From NCBI RefSeq assembly GCF_006345805.1, contig NC_043000.1:7378001-7442000 (forward strand): a stretch of DNA of 64,000 bases, read 5' to 3'. The stretch's first letter is position 1. Each line of letters opens with the position of its first letter. The notes below the pieces were generated by a model. The model was not told the origin of the DNA. It ran no database searches and saw nothing but the letters and a program-made list of their open reading frames with translations. Both the position numbers and the translations under genes were made by a program. Source of the stretch: Octopus sinensis. Its lineage: Eukaryota. Below, piece by piece: positions 26,516-38,612 of the stretch.

Positions 26516-27446
26516 GAGTGACACTGGGGTAAAATATATGAAGCCCAGTATACCCATCATGACAACCAGTCTGATAAGGGTACACCAAGCACATGCATCA
26601 CAACCATATGTGCACATCATGGTGATCTCGTATCAAGATAAACAGAGCATGACCTTGCAGGTGAGGCCCAGTTAGAATTTTCTTCAGGGCGAGTAGCCCA
26701 TCCTGCTCAAAAGGTCCCTGAATAAGGGTTGTTTAAGGATGTTGAATGAAGCACCCATGTTTCCAAAGGTGAATTATTCAAACCCCAAAGAATCCCTCTC
26801 AACACATGGCTATGATGCTCCCCTACTACTTCTGCTCGTGATCAGAGATGCACATATCGTCAGCCACTAAGGGACATGCTCAACTGGTTAAGGTCAAACA
26901 ACTGGCAAGCAAATCTGTGGTGTTGAGCAGAATATTTACTGTAGCCCATCTTTTATACCAAGACAAAACAATTCTTATTCTTGATTATTATTATTATTAT
27001 TGAGTGAGAGGGTAGTGCATGCCATCAAAGTGACACTGGGATACAAGTATACGAAGCCCAATATACCCATCATGACTACTCAGGTGATAAGGGTATACCA
27101 AGCATGTGCACAACAGGGTGATCTTATATCAAGATAAACAGTGCATGACCTTGCAGGTGGGGTCCAGTTAGAATTTTCTTCAGGTCGAGTAGCCCATCCT
27201 GCTCAAAAGGTCCCTGAATAAGGGTTGTTTAAGGATGATGAACAAAACATCCATGTATCCAAAGGTGAATTATCCAAACCCCAAAGAATTCCTTTCAACA
27301 TATGGCTATGATGCTTCCTTACTACTTCTACTGATGATCAGAGATGCGGATTATCATCAGCCACTAAGGGACATGCTCAACTGGTTAAGGTCATAGAACT
27401 GACAAGCAAACCTGTGGTATTGAGCAGAATATTTGCTGTAGCCCAT
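26516..27446 (-). mobile_element. Two tandem, diverged copies of a roughly 450-bp non-coding retroposon embedded in (TTA)n
   Basis: 26516-26973 and 27002-27446 align along their length, with (TTA)n at 26463-26515, about 26985-27001 and 27447-27472. Confidence 0.8.
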
Positions 27447-27563
27447 ATTATTATTATTATTATTATTATTATTTCTAATATTCCTTTAAAAAAAAAAGTA
27501 GTTTCTATCTGATTATAAATACCTTGAATTAAGTATTTCCATATAAGTTTAAAGTAGTGTGTG

Positions 27564-27601
<38 letters not shown>

Positions 27602-28634
27602 GGTATCTTGTCACTTAATATAAAAAACCCTCATTTCTAGAATTCTCTCTTTTATGCAACAAAAATTTGAAATTGAATCATTAAAGAATGCTAGTAGCCG
27701 CAGCAGCAGCAGCAGCCCACATGTACACCCTTTTGCCTGTTTGTATTTTGCTCATATTCTTTTATCATCCTACTGGTTGGGTAGTTTCACAGCCACTTTC
27801 CATACGGTGCTCATTTTAATACTAATGTCACAGTAACCACGACCGTGTTATTGTAGTGCTGCTCCTGCTGCTGCCGAGGATGACGTAACAGACATCAATA
27901 TTCTCAGTCCCCCCCCTCATCTTTTTAACTGAAAAACCGATTTAATTTCATGTGTTTTACTACTTTTGTTGCTACCTTTATCTAACATACGTACATACCT
28001 CTGGTCTGCTGTCACTAAACTGATGTAAACTGTGTATGCGTTATTCTAACAGTGCAGTTATACAGCTTCGTATATGATTCAACACCCATCCCTGTATATT
28101 TCCATCTTTCACAAGCCTTACAGCATAATATAAACATTTTCAGGCAATTTCTTGTGTTGCTAGTTCCTACACTATCATGTTTTAGGAAGGTGGTGTAGGT
28201 GGTGGTGGTGGGGATTGGTTCTCCACCACCACCACCACCACCTACACACACCTGTTGGAGTGTTGTAATTGGCTTCACAAGCTTTCGAAACACCTCAGTT
28301 CCAGCCAATGAGAAGAAGGCTGTTCTATATGGTTTCTTCAGCTGTTAGAAATAACTGGCAAAATCTCATTCAAATACTCCTCCTCCTCCTCCTTGTCATT
28401 CCTCTTTTACTCTTTTCAGTCATTTGACTGCGGCCATGCTAGAGCACTGCTTTTTAGTCGAACAAATAATCGACTAAATAATTATTTAGTCAAATAAGCC
28501 CCCAGGACTTATTCTTTGTAAGCCTAGTACTTATTCTGTCAGTTTCTTTTGCCGAACTGCTAAGTTATGGGGAAATAAATACACCAACATCGGTTGTCAA
28601 GCGATGGTGGGAGGACAAACAACACAGACATGCC

Positions 28635-28673
<39 letters not shown>

Positions 28674-30889
28674 GACAAGTGTCTTTCAGTTTCTTATAAT
28701 AGTGAACTGTAATCATATTATGATGTCTACTTAATTAGATGAACTTAGTCTTTAAGTGTTGAGTGTGTTGGCCATAGGAGCAATGCAGTACCAACAGGAG
28801 GATCTGAATTGTTGATCTCTTCACTGTTTGTTAGGTATCTATTGATCTCAACCAACCCTGCTCATTTTGTAAACTTGTGTAGCCATAGATAAAGAATAGT
28901 CCGTGGAAAGGAGTAAGGACCATAGCTTTTACAGACCTTCTTAAATTGGCAGATAGAGATGACATTGAGCTTAATTAGGTAATGTTCAGGTTGAGCTTTT
29001 GCATGTTACGTTAGCGGTTAGAAGGTCAGCCAGATCAGGGAGGGAACACGAGAAAGTTGCAGTTTGGGTAGTGTTTGTTGTATGCTGTGGGTGGTGAAGG
29101 GAGGGGTGGGAGGTGGGCAGTATTTAGTGAATGAGTTCAATGGTATAGCAAATATTACAATCAAGGTACATAAGACATTGAGGGCATGTCAGATGTTGCT
29201 GTGTGTTGGTATGTGAACAAACACACACACATGTAAATTACAGAAGCGAAATCAGTTTCTGATCTTTTTAATTGTTCTTGTTCCATGAAATTATTGCAAT
29301 ACTGCTGTTGGTATTTTACTATTGGTTTTGGAAGTAATAAAGATAGTAAGTGCTGACTTAATTTGTTTTTAGTTACTGAAAAATCAGTTTCAATTGAACT
29401 CTCATCTTTTTCAATACACCAGAGTAACCAATGCATTCAGAAATTGTATCTGCTGTAAGGTCAAGAAATTTGCTTCACAACCATGTGGTTTCAGGTTCAA
29501 TCCCTCTGCATGGCACTAGTTCTCATGTTTCTGATGAAATATACTGCTTCTGTTTCAGTTGGTTTTGGAAGTAATAAAAAATTTATAAAAAATAATTTTG
29601 TTATTATTAAGCTGACATGTGGAATAAAAATTAACATGGAATTTCGATGGAAAGTTTTGATTTGTAGTCTCAAGTGATTTTATATAAAAAGAGGTTAAAC
29701 ATCTTCTACCTTAACTTCAAATTGACCAATACTTTGTGAGTGGAGTTTGACAAAAGCCTATCTTTGTGTGTGTGTATGTCTGAGAGAGAGAGAGTCTGCA
29801 TATCATTCAGAGATAGTTATAGACAAGGGAGAAAGTGGAGTGAAAACCCAGCACTTTTCAAATGAAGGTGCTTGGTATATTCCTCTTGTTGTGCTTTAGA
29901 CACTTTCTTATCAATGTCACTCACATAAATGCAGTTGTTGATCTTTGCAACATGCATGCATGTATACATACATTGTGTGTGTATTTATAAAGAGAGATGC
30001 CAAAAGTACTAAATGTGAGATTTCCATCAATTTATTTCTTTTCTCACATTGATATTTACTCAGATTTCTTTAGAATCTTGTAACATTTTAAATAATGCAC
30101 CAGAGGTCATCTTGGTCTGAAGAAATCTCCCACTAGATGCTGTTAAATACAGTTTTGTTGATTCTTGTTGGCAAAGACTTTAGCAGTTTTATAATTCTCA
30201 GCAAGAGAGAAAACGTAAAAGGGTGGGTTTGCAGTAAAAGAAGTAATTTTGTTTCATTTTGATCCAAAATGGCAGAAAAGTTTTTTCTTTCTTTTTTAAA
30301 ACCAAGACTCAGTATTTTGTTGAAGCATAATTTTTTAAAGGATCTCATAATTTTCAATAATGTAGTGAATTGTTTCGCAAACATCAAGTTTTCATATGAT
30401 CTATACATAATTCCAGTTTTTGTGGCATTAAACAAATGAGATACAAATCTATTTCAGAGTAAGTTACCTATCTGTCATAAGTACCTTCTTTCCCCAGATG
30501 TACCTATTCCTCAATAGAATTGAGCTCATAATTTCTAGTTGACTAACAAAAAAAAAAAAACCCAGGGTTATCCAAAAGTCACAAAGTATAAAATTACAGT
30601 TGGTACAACTGCTGAAACCACTGGATTATTTCCACAGGTTGCAATATGCAGGATGGACCTAAAGCTTTCTGGTTTTAGGTCCATCCTGCGTGTGTGATAA
30701 TGTGTATGCAGTCAGACATTTGGAAAGGTATACGGAAGCATTATGCCTTCATCAGCAGAACTGTTATAGGAGTGAGTTACCATTTATATATTTTGTGGTA
30801 CAGAAACTGGGGACTGATGGAAATAGTCCAAACATCAAGCATACAAATACACTTGATTTGTTTTGCAAAATACCTTACAAAATGCTTGA

Positions 30890-30929
<40 letters not shown>

Positions 30930-30934
30930 GCTTG

Positions 30935-31093
30935 ACTGCTAGCTCCAAAAATTTGTTTTATTTCCTCGTGTTCTTTTCTGTTGAAGAGCGTAGGCTCGAA
31001 ACGTAAAAGACTTTCTCACCTTCCCGAGCATTAAACTAATACACCTGTTTGTTGATTATACCTGTCTTTGTCTTTTGTTTTTCTGTAGATTTC

Positions 31094-31100
<7 letters not shown>
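30935..31100 (+). mobile_element. Penelope-like terminal-repeat fragment with a hammerhead-like motif
   Basis: CTGTTGA-A-GAGC-GTAG-GCTC-GAAAC-GTA arrangement between microsatellites. Confidence 0.5.
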
Positions 31101-31135
<35 letters not shown>

Positions 31136-31173
31136 ATCAAAATAGTTTGATTCAAATTCGTTGGTACCAACAA

Positions 31174-31236
<63 letters not shown>

Positions 31237-31284
31237 CACACACACACAAACACCCACACATATATATATTGGTTACAATGATGA

Positions 31285-31572
31285 GGGTTCCAGCTGATCT
31301 GATCAATGGAACAGCCTTCTGAAATTAACATGCAAGTGGCTGAGCATTCCATAGGCATGCGTACTCTTAACTTAGTCCTCAGGGAGATTCAGCATAAAAC
31401 AGAGTGTGACATGGCTGGCCCTTTGAAATACAGATACTACTCATTTTTGCCAATTGAGTGGACTGGAGCATCGTGAAATAAAGTGTCCTGTTCAAGGGCA
31501 TAACACTTCTGGGAATTGAATGCACAACCTTGTGACTACGATCCAAATACCTTAACCACTAGGCCATATGCC
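31285..31572 (-). mobile_element. tRNA-derived SINE, family D
   Basis: Homologous to 57585-58085. The reverse strand has a tRNA-like head (GGCCTAGTGGTT A-box). Confidence 0.75.
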
Positions 31573-31869
31573 TTCACTTATATACAGCAATAAAAGGGGC
31601 AAGTAAAGTGCAACACATGACCAGAAATTGGGCTCCCTAGTAGGATCCACACTTCAGTCCAGAATCCAGTGTAATATGATGCAATGCATCAACCTCAGGA
31701 TAGGCTGACGTGTGGAATACAAACTAAATGATAGTAATATGAAGAAAACAGGGATGGTATTGGTATTCAATGCATTATCAGACGCATTTACATTTCATCA
31801 AAGTGCTCAAGTAATTACTTAACAGTTGTAGAAACATTTTGCAATCATGCACTTCATTTCATCAATATC

Positions 31870-32135
31870 CCACAGGAAGCTCCCATGACTTTCGGAAACA
31901 TTTTTTCACGCTAAGAGTTGCTGAAGCATGGAACAAACTGCCGGCATCAGTTGTTAGTTGTCGGAGCACTGCATCCTTCCAAACTTCCATGCTTCCTGAG
32001 ATTCGCCAACACTACACCTGATTTCCTCCCCTCCCCCATACACACGCAAGCATCTATCTGACTCATACACTGTTCACTTCCCAGACATTTGTACATTACT
32101 GCTTTATACGCACTTTTGACAAGTTGTGGTGCAAC
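31870..32135 (+). mobile_element. CR1-like LINE 3' end
   Basis: Translation HDFRKHFFTLRVAEAWNKLPASVV fits the CR1/L2 ORF2 terminal motif FFxxRVxxxWNxLP. Stop at 32021, then 3' UTR. Confidence 0.8.
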
Positions 32136-32288
32136 AACCAGTGTTAAAGCTCCAAATATACACCTTTATTCCCCTTATGCAGATTACCAACAATCTTGCA
32201 TCTCATGTAAAATAGCAAGGGACAGAAAATGCATCATATCAAGGGTGTTCGGACAATACCACTCCTCTCTCAAATTCAAGAATATGCA

Positions 32289-32351
<63 letters not shown>

Positions 32352-33804
32352 GAAAGGAGGAAGAATACTGATCAAACTGATAGCTTTAATGTCAATCATT
32401 GTATTTACTGTGGGACACTGATGAGGTGAAGTGTATCATCATCATCATCATCATTGTTTAATGTCCACTTTCCATGTTAGCATGGGTTGGATGATTTTGA
32501 CTGAGGGCTGGCGAACCAGATGGCTGCACCAGGCTCCAATCTTTATCTGGCACAGTTTCTACAGCTGGCTGCCCTTCCTAACACCAACCACTCCGATAGT
32601 GTAGTGAGTGCTTTTTACGTGCCAATGGCACGGGGCCAGTCAGGCGGTACTGGCAATGACCTCACTCGAATCTTTTTGTATGATTGCAATAATGTTCCTA
32701 CAGCTGTTATGTAATTATTTTGCTGAAATGGATGTCCTATAAATGCATTGAATGCCATACCTGATTTCTGGTCACATGCTGTTATTATTTGTACACACAC
32801 ACATTGGTTATTCAAAAAAACACTTTGCAAAAATATATTTTCTTCCTTTCTGTAGAATTTACAATATTTGGAATGTCTTTGTCCAGGTTGTAATCTCTCT
32901 TTTGCTTACAAAGAAAAAAGAAAAGTATGAGCTGTTTGGTTTGGACTTTTTAAAATGTTTAACATCATATTTCTCTAAAAAAAATATGTTGTTTTTTAAA
33001 ATTTATTCAATTCTGGTCACATAAACTTTAAAAAAAAAAAAAAAAAAGAGGTATAGAAACTTTTAACATCCAAGTAATATTTCTAGGGTAAATTGTTGGG
33101 AATCAATTTCAATGTGTTCCCTAGTTTGTTTGTTGATTTGATAGTGGGATATCACTATAAGATTTGATTTTATCATAGTAAGAAGTGATTAAATAAATTT
33201 GTTATGAAGTTAATTAGCCTGAACTGTTTTCTGCTTAATTAACATTCTCTTCACAATGTTATATTTTTCAATCTGAAAGATTAGTTTGTTGTTTAGCCCT
33301 AGGTCTGTCCCAATTGAGTTGATCTAATTAATGATTGAAAAGTGTTCTGTCTCTACTCATCATATCATATTTTCAGATATAGCAATATATCTGGAATGAC
33401 ATTATCCCGTGTGTCATACCTTGCCTAAAACAGCAGGATATGATTTGACACATTTTGCTGCTATTTCTAGTAAACTGAGAAACCACTTAGAAGCCAGTAT
33501 TCTCTTCCTTTCTTTGGTTCATTGAATCTATGGTTTTTATCTTTTAGAGAGAGATGCTGCAAAATCAGATCTGATAAATGAATGCATAATTTTGGTTTCT
33601 AGGTGCAGGTTTGGTAAGAAGGTTGCTTCCCAGCCACACGGTTCCAGGTTCAGTCCCACTGCATGGCACTTTGGGCAAATGTCTTTTACTATAGTCTAGG
33701 GCCTATTAAAGCCTTGTGAGTGGATTTTGTAGACAGAAACTGAAAGAATCCTGTCGTGTGTGTGTATATACACACACACACACACATACATCCATACATA
33801 CATA

Positions 33805-34993
33805 TCATCATTGTCATTTAACGTCTGCTTTCCATGGTGGCATGGGTTGAATGGTTTTGATTGAGAACTGGCAAGCTGGGAGGCTGTACCAGGCTCCAAT
33901 CTAATTTGGCAATGTTTCTACAGTTGGATGTATTTCCTAACGCCAACCACTCTGAGAGTGTAGTGGGTGCTTTTTAGGTGCCACCAGAATGGGGGCCAGT
34001 CAGGCAGCACTGGCATCAGCTGCGCTCGAATGGTGTTTTTTTACATGCCACTGGCACAGGTGCCAGTCAGGTTGTACAAGCATCAGTCACACTTGAATGG
34101 TGCTTTTTACATGCCACCAGCACGGGTACTAGTCAGGCGGTACTGGCATCAGCCATGCTTGAATGGTGCTTTCTACGTGCCACCAGCACAGGTGCCAGTC
34201 GAGTGGCACTGGCATTGACCATGGCTATGATTTCACTCAGTGCAACAGGCCTTCACAAGAAACCTCATATTGCCCAATGATTGAAGGGTGCTTTTAAATG
34301 GGCCAGTTTTGCGACACTGGCATTGGCCACGACTACAGTCTCACTTGGCTTGCCAGGTCTTCTCAAGCATGACATATCTCCAAAGGTCTCCGTCACTTGT
34401 CATTGCCTCTGTGAAGCCCAATGTTCAAAGGTCATGTGTCACCAATTCATCCTATGTCTTCCTGAGTCTACCCCTTCCACAGGTTCCCTCTACTATTAGG
34501 GTGTGACAGTTCTTTACACAGCTGTCCTCATCCATATGCAACACATAACCACACCAGCACAGTTGTCTCTTGCATACCACATTTGATGCTTCTTATGCCC
34601 AACTTTTCTCTCAGGGCGTTTATACTCTGTCGTGTATGCACACTGACATTGCTCATCTATTGGAGCATACTAGCTTCATTTATTTCAAGCCTATGCGTGT
34701 CCTCAGCAGTCACAGCCCATGTTTCACTGCCATGTAGCATGGCTGTTTGTACACAGGTCATACAGTCTACCTTTCACTTTGAGGAGAGGCCCTTTGTTAC
34801 CAGCAGAAGTAGGAGCCCTCTCAACTTTGCCCAGGCTATTCTTATTCTAGCAGCTACACTCTCGGAGCATCCACTCCCGCTACTAACTTGGTCACCTAGG
34901 TAACAGAAGCTATCAACTACTTCTAGTTTTCCCCTTGGCATGTGATGGAATCTGTTTTCTTCACATATTTGGTGTTTATTGCACCTCTGCATG
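33805..34993 (-). mobile_element. Second, older 5'-truncated RTE copy with family-C 3' region
   Basis: KLEVVDSFCYLGDQVSSGSGCSESVAARIRIAWAKLRGLLLLLVTKGLS (ORF 34774..34992) is colinear with the 21-kb RTE. Confidence 0.85.
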
Positions 34994-35585
34994 CATATGT
35001 GTGTATGTATTTGTGTCTTTGTCCCCCACCATTACTTGACAACCATTATTGGTGTGTTTACGTCCCCATAACTTAGTAGTTTGGCAAAAGAGACTGATAG
35101 AATAAGTACTGGGGGGTCAATTCATTCAACTAAAATTCTTCAGGGTGGTGTCCCTGCATGGCTGTAGTCACATGACTGAAAACAAGTATTTAAAAAAAAG
35201 AAACCAAGCAACATATCCAATGAACCAATGAGAGTAGGTGGAGGGCGGCTTCCAAGTTGCTGCTCAGTTTACTAGAAATAGCAGCAAAATCCCTATCAAA
35301 TCATACCCTGCTGTCTTAAACAAGGTATGGCACATTGGATAATGTAGTTCAAGATATACTACTATATCTGAAAATATGACATAATGAGTACAGATGGAGC
35401 ACTTTTTGACCATTAATGAGATCAGCATAGTCCTTGGGCTAAACAACAACAGGCTAATCTTTCATGTGTGTGTGTGTGTGGGGGGGATTCAGAGAGTAAT
35501 AATCTCAAAAGTATGTATCTACTTAGGGCCTGTTTTTAATTTATGTTAAATTGGTAACTAATTGGTTAATTTTTTTTCTTTTTAG

Positions 35586-35640
35586 CTCCTGACTACTTTT
35601 GATGATCCTAAAGATGAGGATAAAACAGAGAAAGCAAAAG
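35586..35640 (+). CDS. HSF1: Heat shock factor penultimate coding exon (LLTTFDDPKDEDKTEKAK-G)
   Basis: Acceptor ttttttctttttag|CTC and a weak donor AAG|gttttc. 55 nt, phase 0 to 1, which matches the phase-1 acceptor at 37349. Confidence 0.7.
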
Positions 35641-36259
35641 GTTTTCATTAGTTTATATATTTGTAGTTATTTTTTAGTAAAAAAAAAAAAAAAAGTCTTT
35701 GATAATTTGTTACCTAAATTAAATACTATTTTATCTCTGCTTAGGGTGTCTTGGACAAGAAAGGTGAAGTTTGAGTTCAATATTTGCCAGTTAGACTGCA
35801 AAATATATCTGCGATTTCATAATGCCTATTTACAGTTAGGTGGACTAAGTCATTGAACTTTTTAGTATTTCCAGAAATGTAGTGGTTGTCATGTGTTAGG
35901 CTGTCACCTTGTTAATTCCCAGATTCCCAACGTACCACTCAGCAATTACTAGATTTATTTTTTAGATATTCTTCAATAGAGGCATGGTTAAATTTTAAAA
36001 ATCTGATTTTACCTTTTCAGAACTAGAAAACAATTCACTCCTAAGCAGATTTTAACTCTACACAAAGCACAAATACTCCTTACACCAGAATCTCTCTCAT
36101 ATATCTTTGATTGTAAGTGTATTCATCATACGCATGTATATTCTTGACTGTATTCTAAAAAAGTCTTTGCCCATCCTTTCTCCTCTCTAGTTACTTCTCA
36201 GGTATATTTTATCTGTCCAAACTGTGAATGGTGTGAATAACGATACTCAACTGTCTTAA

Positions 36260-36481
36260 CCCTTTAGCATTTAAACCGGTATAAGATCCATCCAAAATAT
36301 TCTGCCTGTTTTACATTAAAACTAGCCAGAACTGACCTGTCACACCTACCCTACAATGTCGCTCTAAAAATAAATGATCACATCATCGAAATCTCCAAGC
36401 TACGAGATAATGCATGATTAATTCAAAACAATGTGAATAAATAAGCGTTATACTTGACTGAATAATCCGAATGCTAAAGGG
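36260..36481. mobile_element. piggyBac-like MITE (TTAA TSD), family 1
   Basis: TTAA|CCCTTTAGCATT ... AATGCTAAAGGG|TTAA: perfect 12-bp TIRs. Confidence 0.9.
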
Positions 36482-36932
36482 TTAAGATTAAATCTTATCA
36501 TTTCCACATATTATCATAGGCTTAACAAACTAAGTAGATTTCTAATTTAATAATGAGAAATTAAAAAGACTATCAGGTTTCTAATATTTATTTAGAAGCA
36601 TTCAATTCAATTTGGTTGCTTCCTTTCCCAACCAGTTCAAGGGTGATATTTACATTCAACTAATTATTTTTGGTATTTCAGAACTAAAATATGATAACAA
36701 TAGAAATTCTAACTTGAGATTACTCTCCTTAATTATTTATTATTACTTATTGCCTTAACTTTTCTTTCTCTCCTTTAAAAGTTAATTTTTTTTTTAGAGA
36801 ATTACTATTAAATCAAAAGTTTTGACAGATTTTTAGCTTCAGTGCTATCATCTGTACTTTTTCATATAAGAATTTCTACTCGGAGCCACACTTTTGCCAT
36901 TGACCAGCATACTTTGCATTCATGCTGATTAA

Positions 36933-37152
36933 CCCTTTCGTTACTGTATTTATTTTGAGATGCTCTGTGTTTCTTTCAGTTATTTTAAATATAACAAAGA
37001 ATTTAGTAAAATAACTTAGTTATCATTCAGCTAGTGTTAGGAGCATAAATTGTGACTAAGATTTGGTGGAAGGTTTTAATTCAAAACTTATGAAAACAAG
37101 ACATTTGTACTCAGAGCCTGAGCCGGTTTCAGCCGGGTTGGTAACGAAAGGG
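36933..37152. mobile_element. piggyBac-like MITE (TTAA TSD), family 2
   Basis: TTAA|CCCTTTCGTTAC ... GTAACGAAAGGG|TTAA: perfect 12-bp TIRs. Confidence 0.9.
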
Positions 37153-37348
37153 TTAAATGATGCTTGTAAATTTATGCTAGTGAGATCTAATCTACATAAT
37201 CAGATGCAATGAATCTTTGTAAACGGACTCTTTACTAATCACATCAGCAATGCTTTTGTTGCTCAGTTCCATGTCCCATGTTATTTGTATGTAACATTTG
37301 CTACTCTGCTGTGACTTCTGCTAAATCCATTGTCTATTTATATTTCAG

Positions 37349-37560
37349 GTAATGAACTGATTGCATATCCACAAGAAGATCTCTCCTCTTGGCTGGTCGA
37401 TTCTCCATCTGCTAGCAGTGAATTAAATGATGATATAGACAGCACAATTGATGCGACCTCCTTAGATACTCCTGATTGCAATTTTGACAAAGATTTGGAC
37501 TTTCCATCCTCTTCAGGCAAGAGAAAAAGTAAACGACCAATGCGAATTATTTTGTCATAA
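37349..37560 (+). CDS. HSF1: Heat shock factor last coding exon, acidic C-terminal domain (GNELIAYPQEDLSSWLVD...KRKSKRPMRIILS*)
   Basis: Acceptor tatttcag|GT AAT. GNELIAY corresponds to vertebrate HSF1 GKQLVHY, also after a phase-1 intron. D/E/S-rich, with stop TAA at 37558-37560 (part of ORF 37330..37560). Confidence 0.85.
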
Positions 37561-38163
37561 CCAGGAATGTACGTTTTTGGGAAGTCTTTAGGTCTGGTGG
37601 AAGGAAACAAGAAGAAAGGAACCTTTTTTCTCTAGCGTCCACTCTGTAACCAAACAGTTGTCGGTAAAGATAAAGAAACAAATGCTAACCAATGTAACTG
37701 GGTTTGCTGACTAGAAGAAAGCTGATGGCATAAATTATATAGGCTGGAATTTATAATCCCCACCAGAAAAGAGAACTTTAGATGTGCTCATTAGCTTCTC
37801 CTCTGCACCCTCATAAAAGACACATTTTCTGTCTGTCTACTTAAAAACCTCCAAATCTGCGTTGGAGAAGATTGGCATTAGGTTTACTTTACTACTAATG
37901 TATGTATGTATCATATCAGTAGGCCTACTAATTCCTGCCTTCAGTAATCACTGAGGTGCATCTTCTGCATTTACTGGAGTTACTTGCCATCAAATGCAAT
38001 ATATATATACATATACAAGAAAAGAAAAAAAAAAAAAGATATCAGACCTTTTTTTTATATTATTATTACTTTTCTTTCTGCCCAGCACACATGCACAAGG
38101 AGTAAAGAATTAAGGATACAAAAGACAGACAGTTAGGAACTATTATTTTGGTTTCTTGAAGAT

Positions 38164-38219
<56 letters not shown>

Positions 38220-38573
38220 TTTCTCCTCTTTACAAAATGTATTTTGGCATTGAGAACAGCTTTCTGAAAGATGCTTACCACTCTATTAACCATCCTGGCA
38301 CTCTTCCAATGTCACTATATTGCTGTAGCATTTATATTTTGGATGTTCTGCCCCCTCCCCCCTTTTTAAAAAAAAAAGATTTAAACGCTTTTGCGTTTAT
38401 ATTATTATTATTATCATTATTATTATTATTATTATTATTTTATTTGATAAAATAGATATCATGGCAAGCATTATTAAAAATAAATTTTCAAATTATTTCT
38501 AATTTTAATATATACAAAAATATAATTTTTTTCAAACCATTTTCCTATCATCATCATCATCATTATTATAATA

Positions 38574-38612
<39 letters not shown>

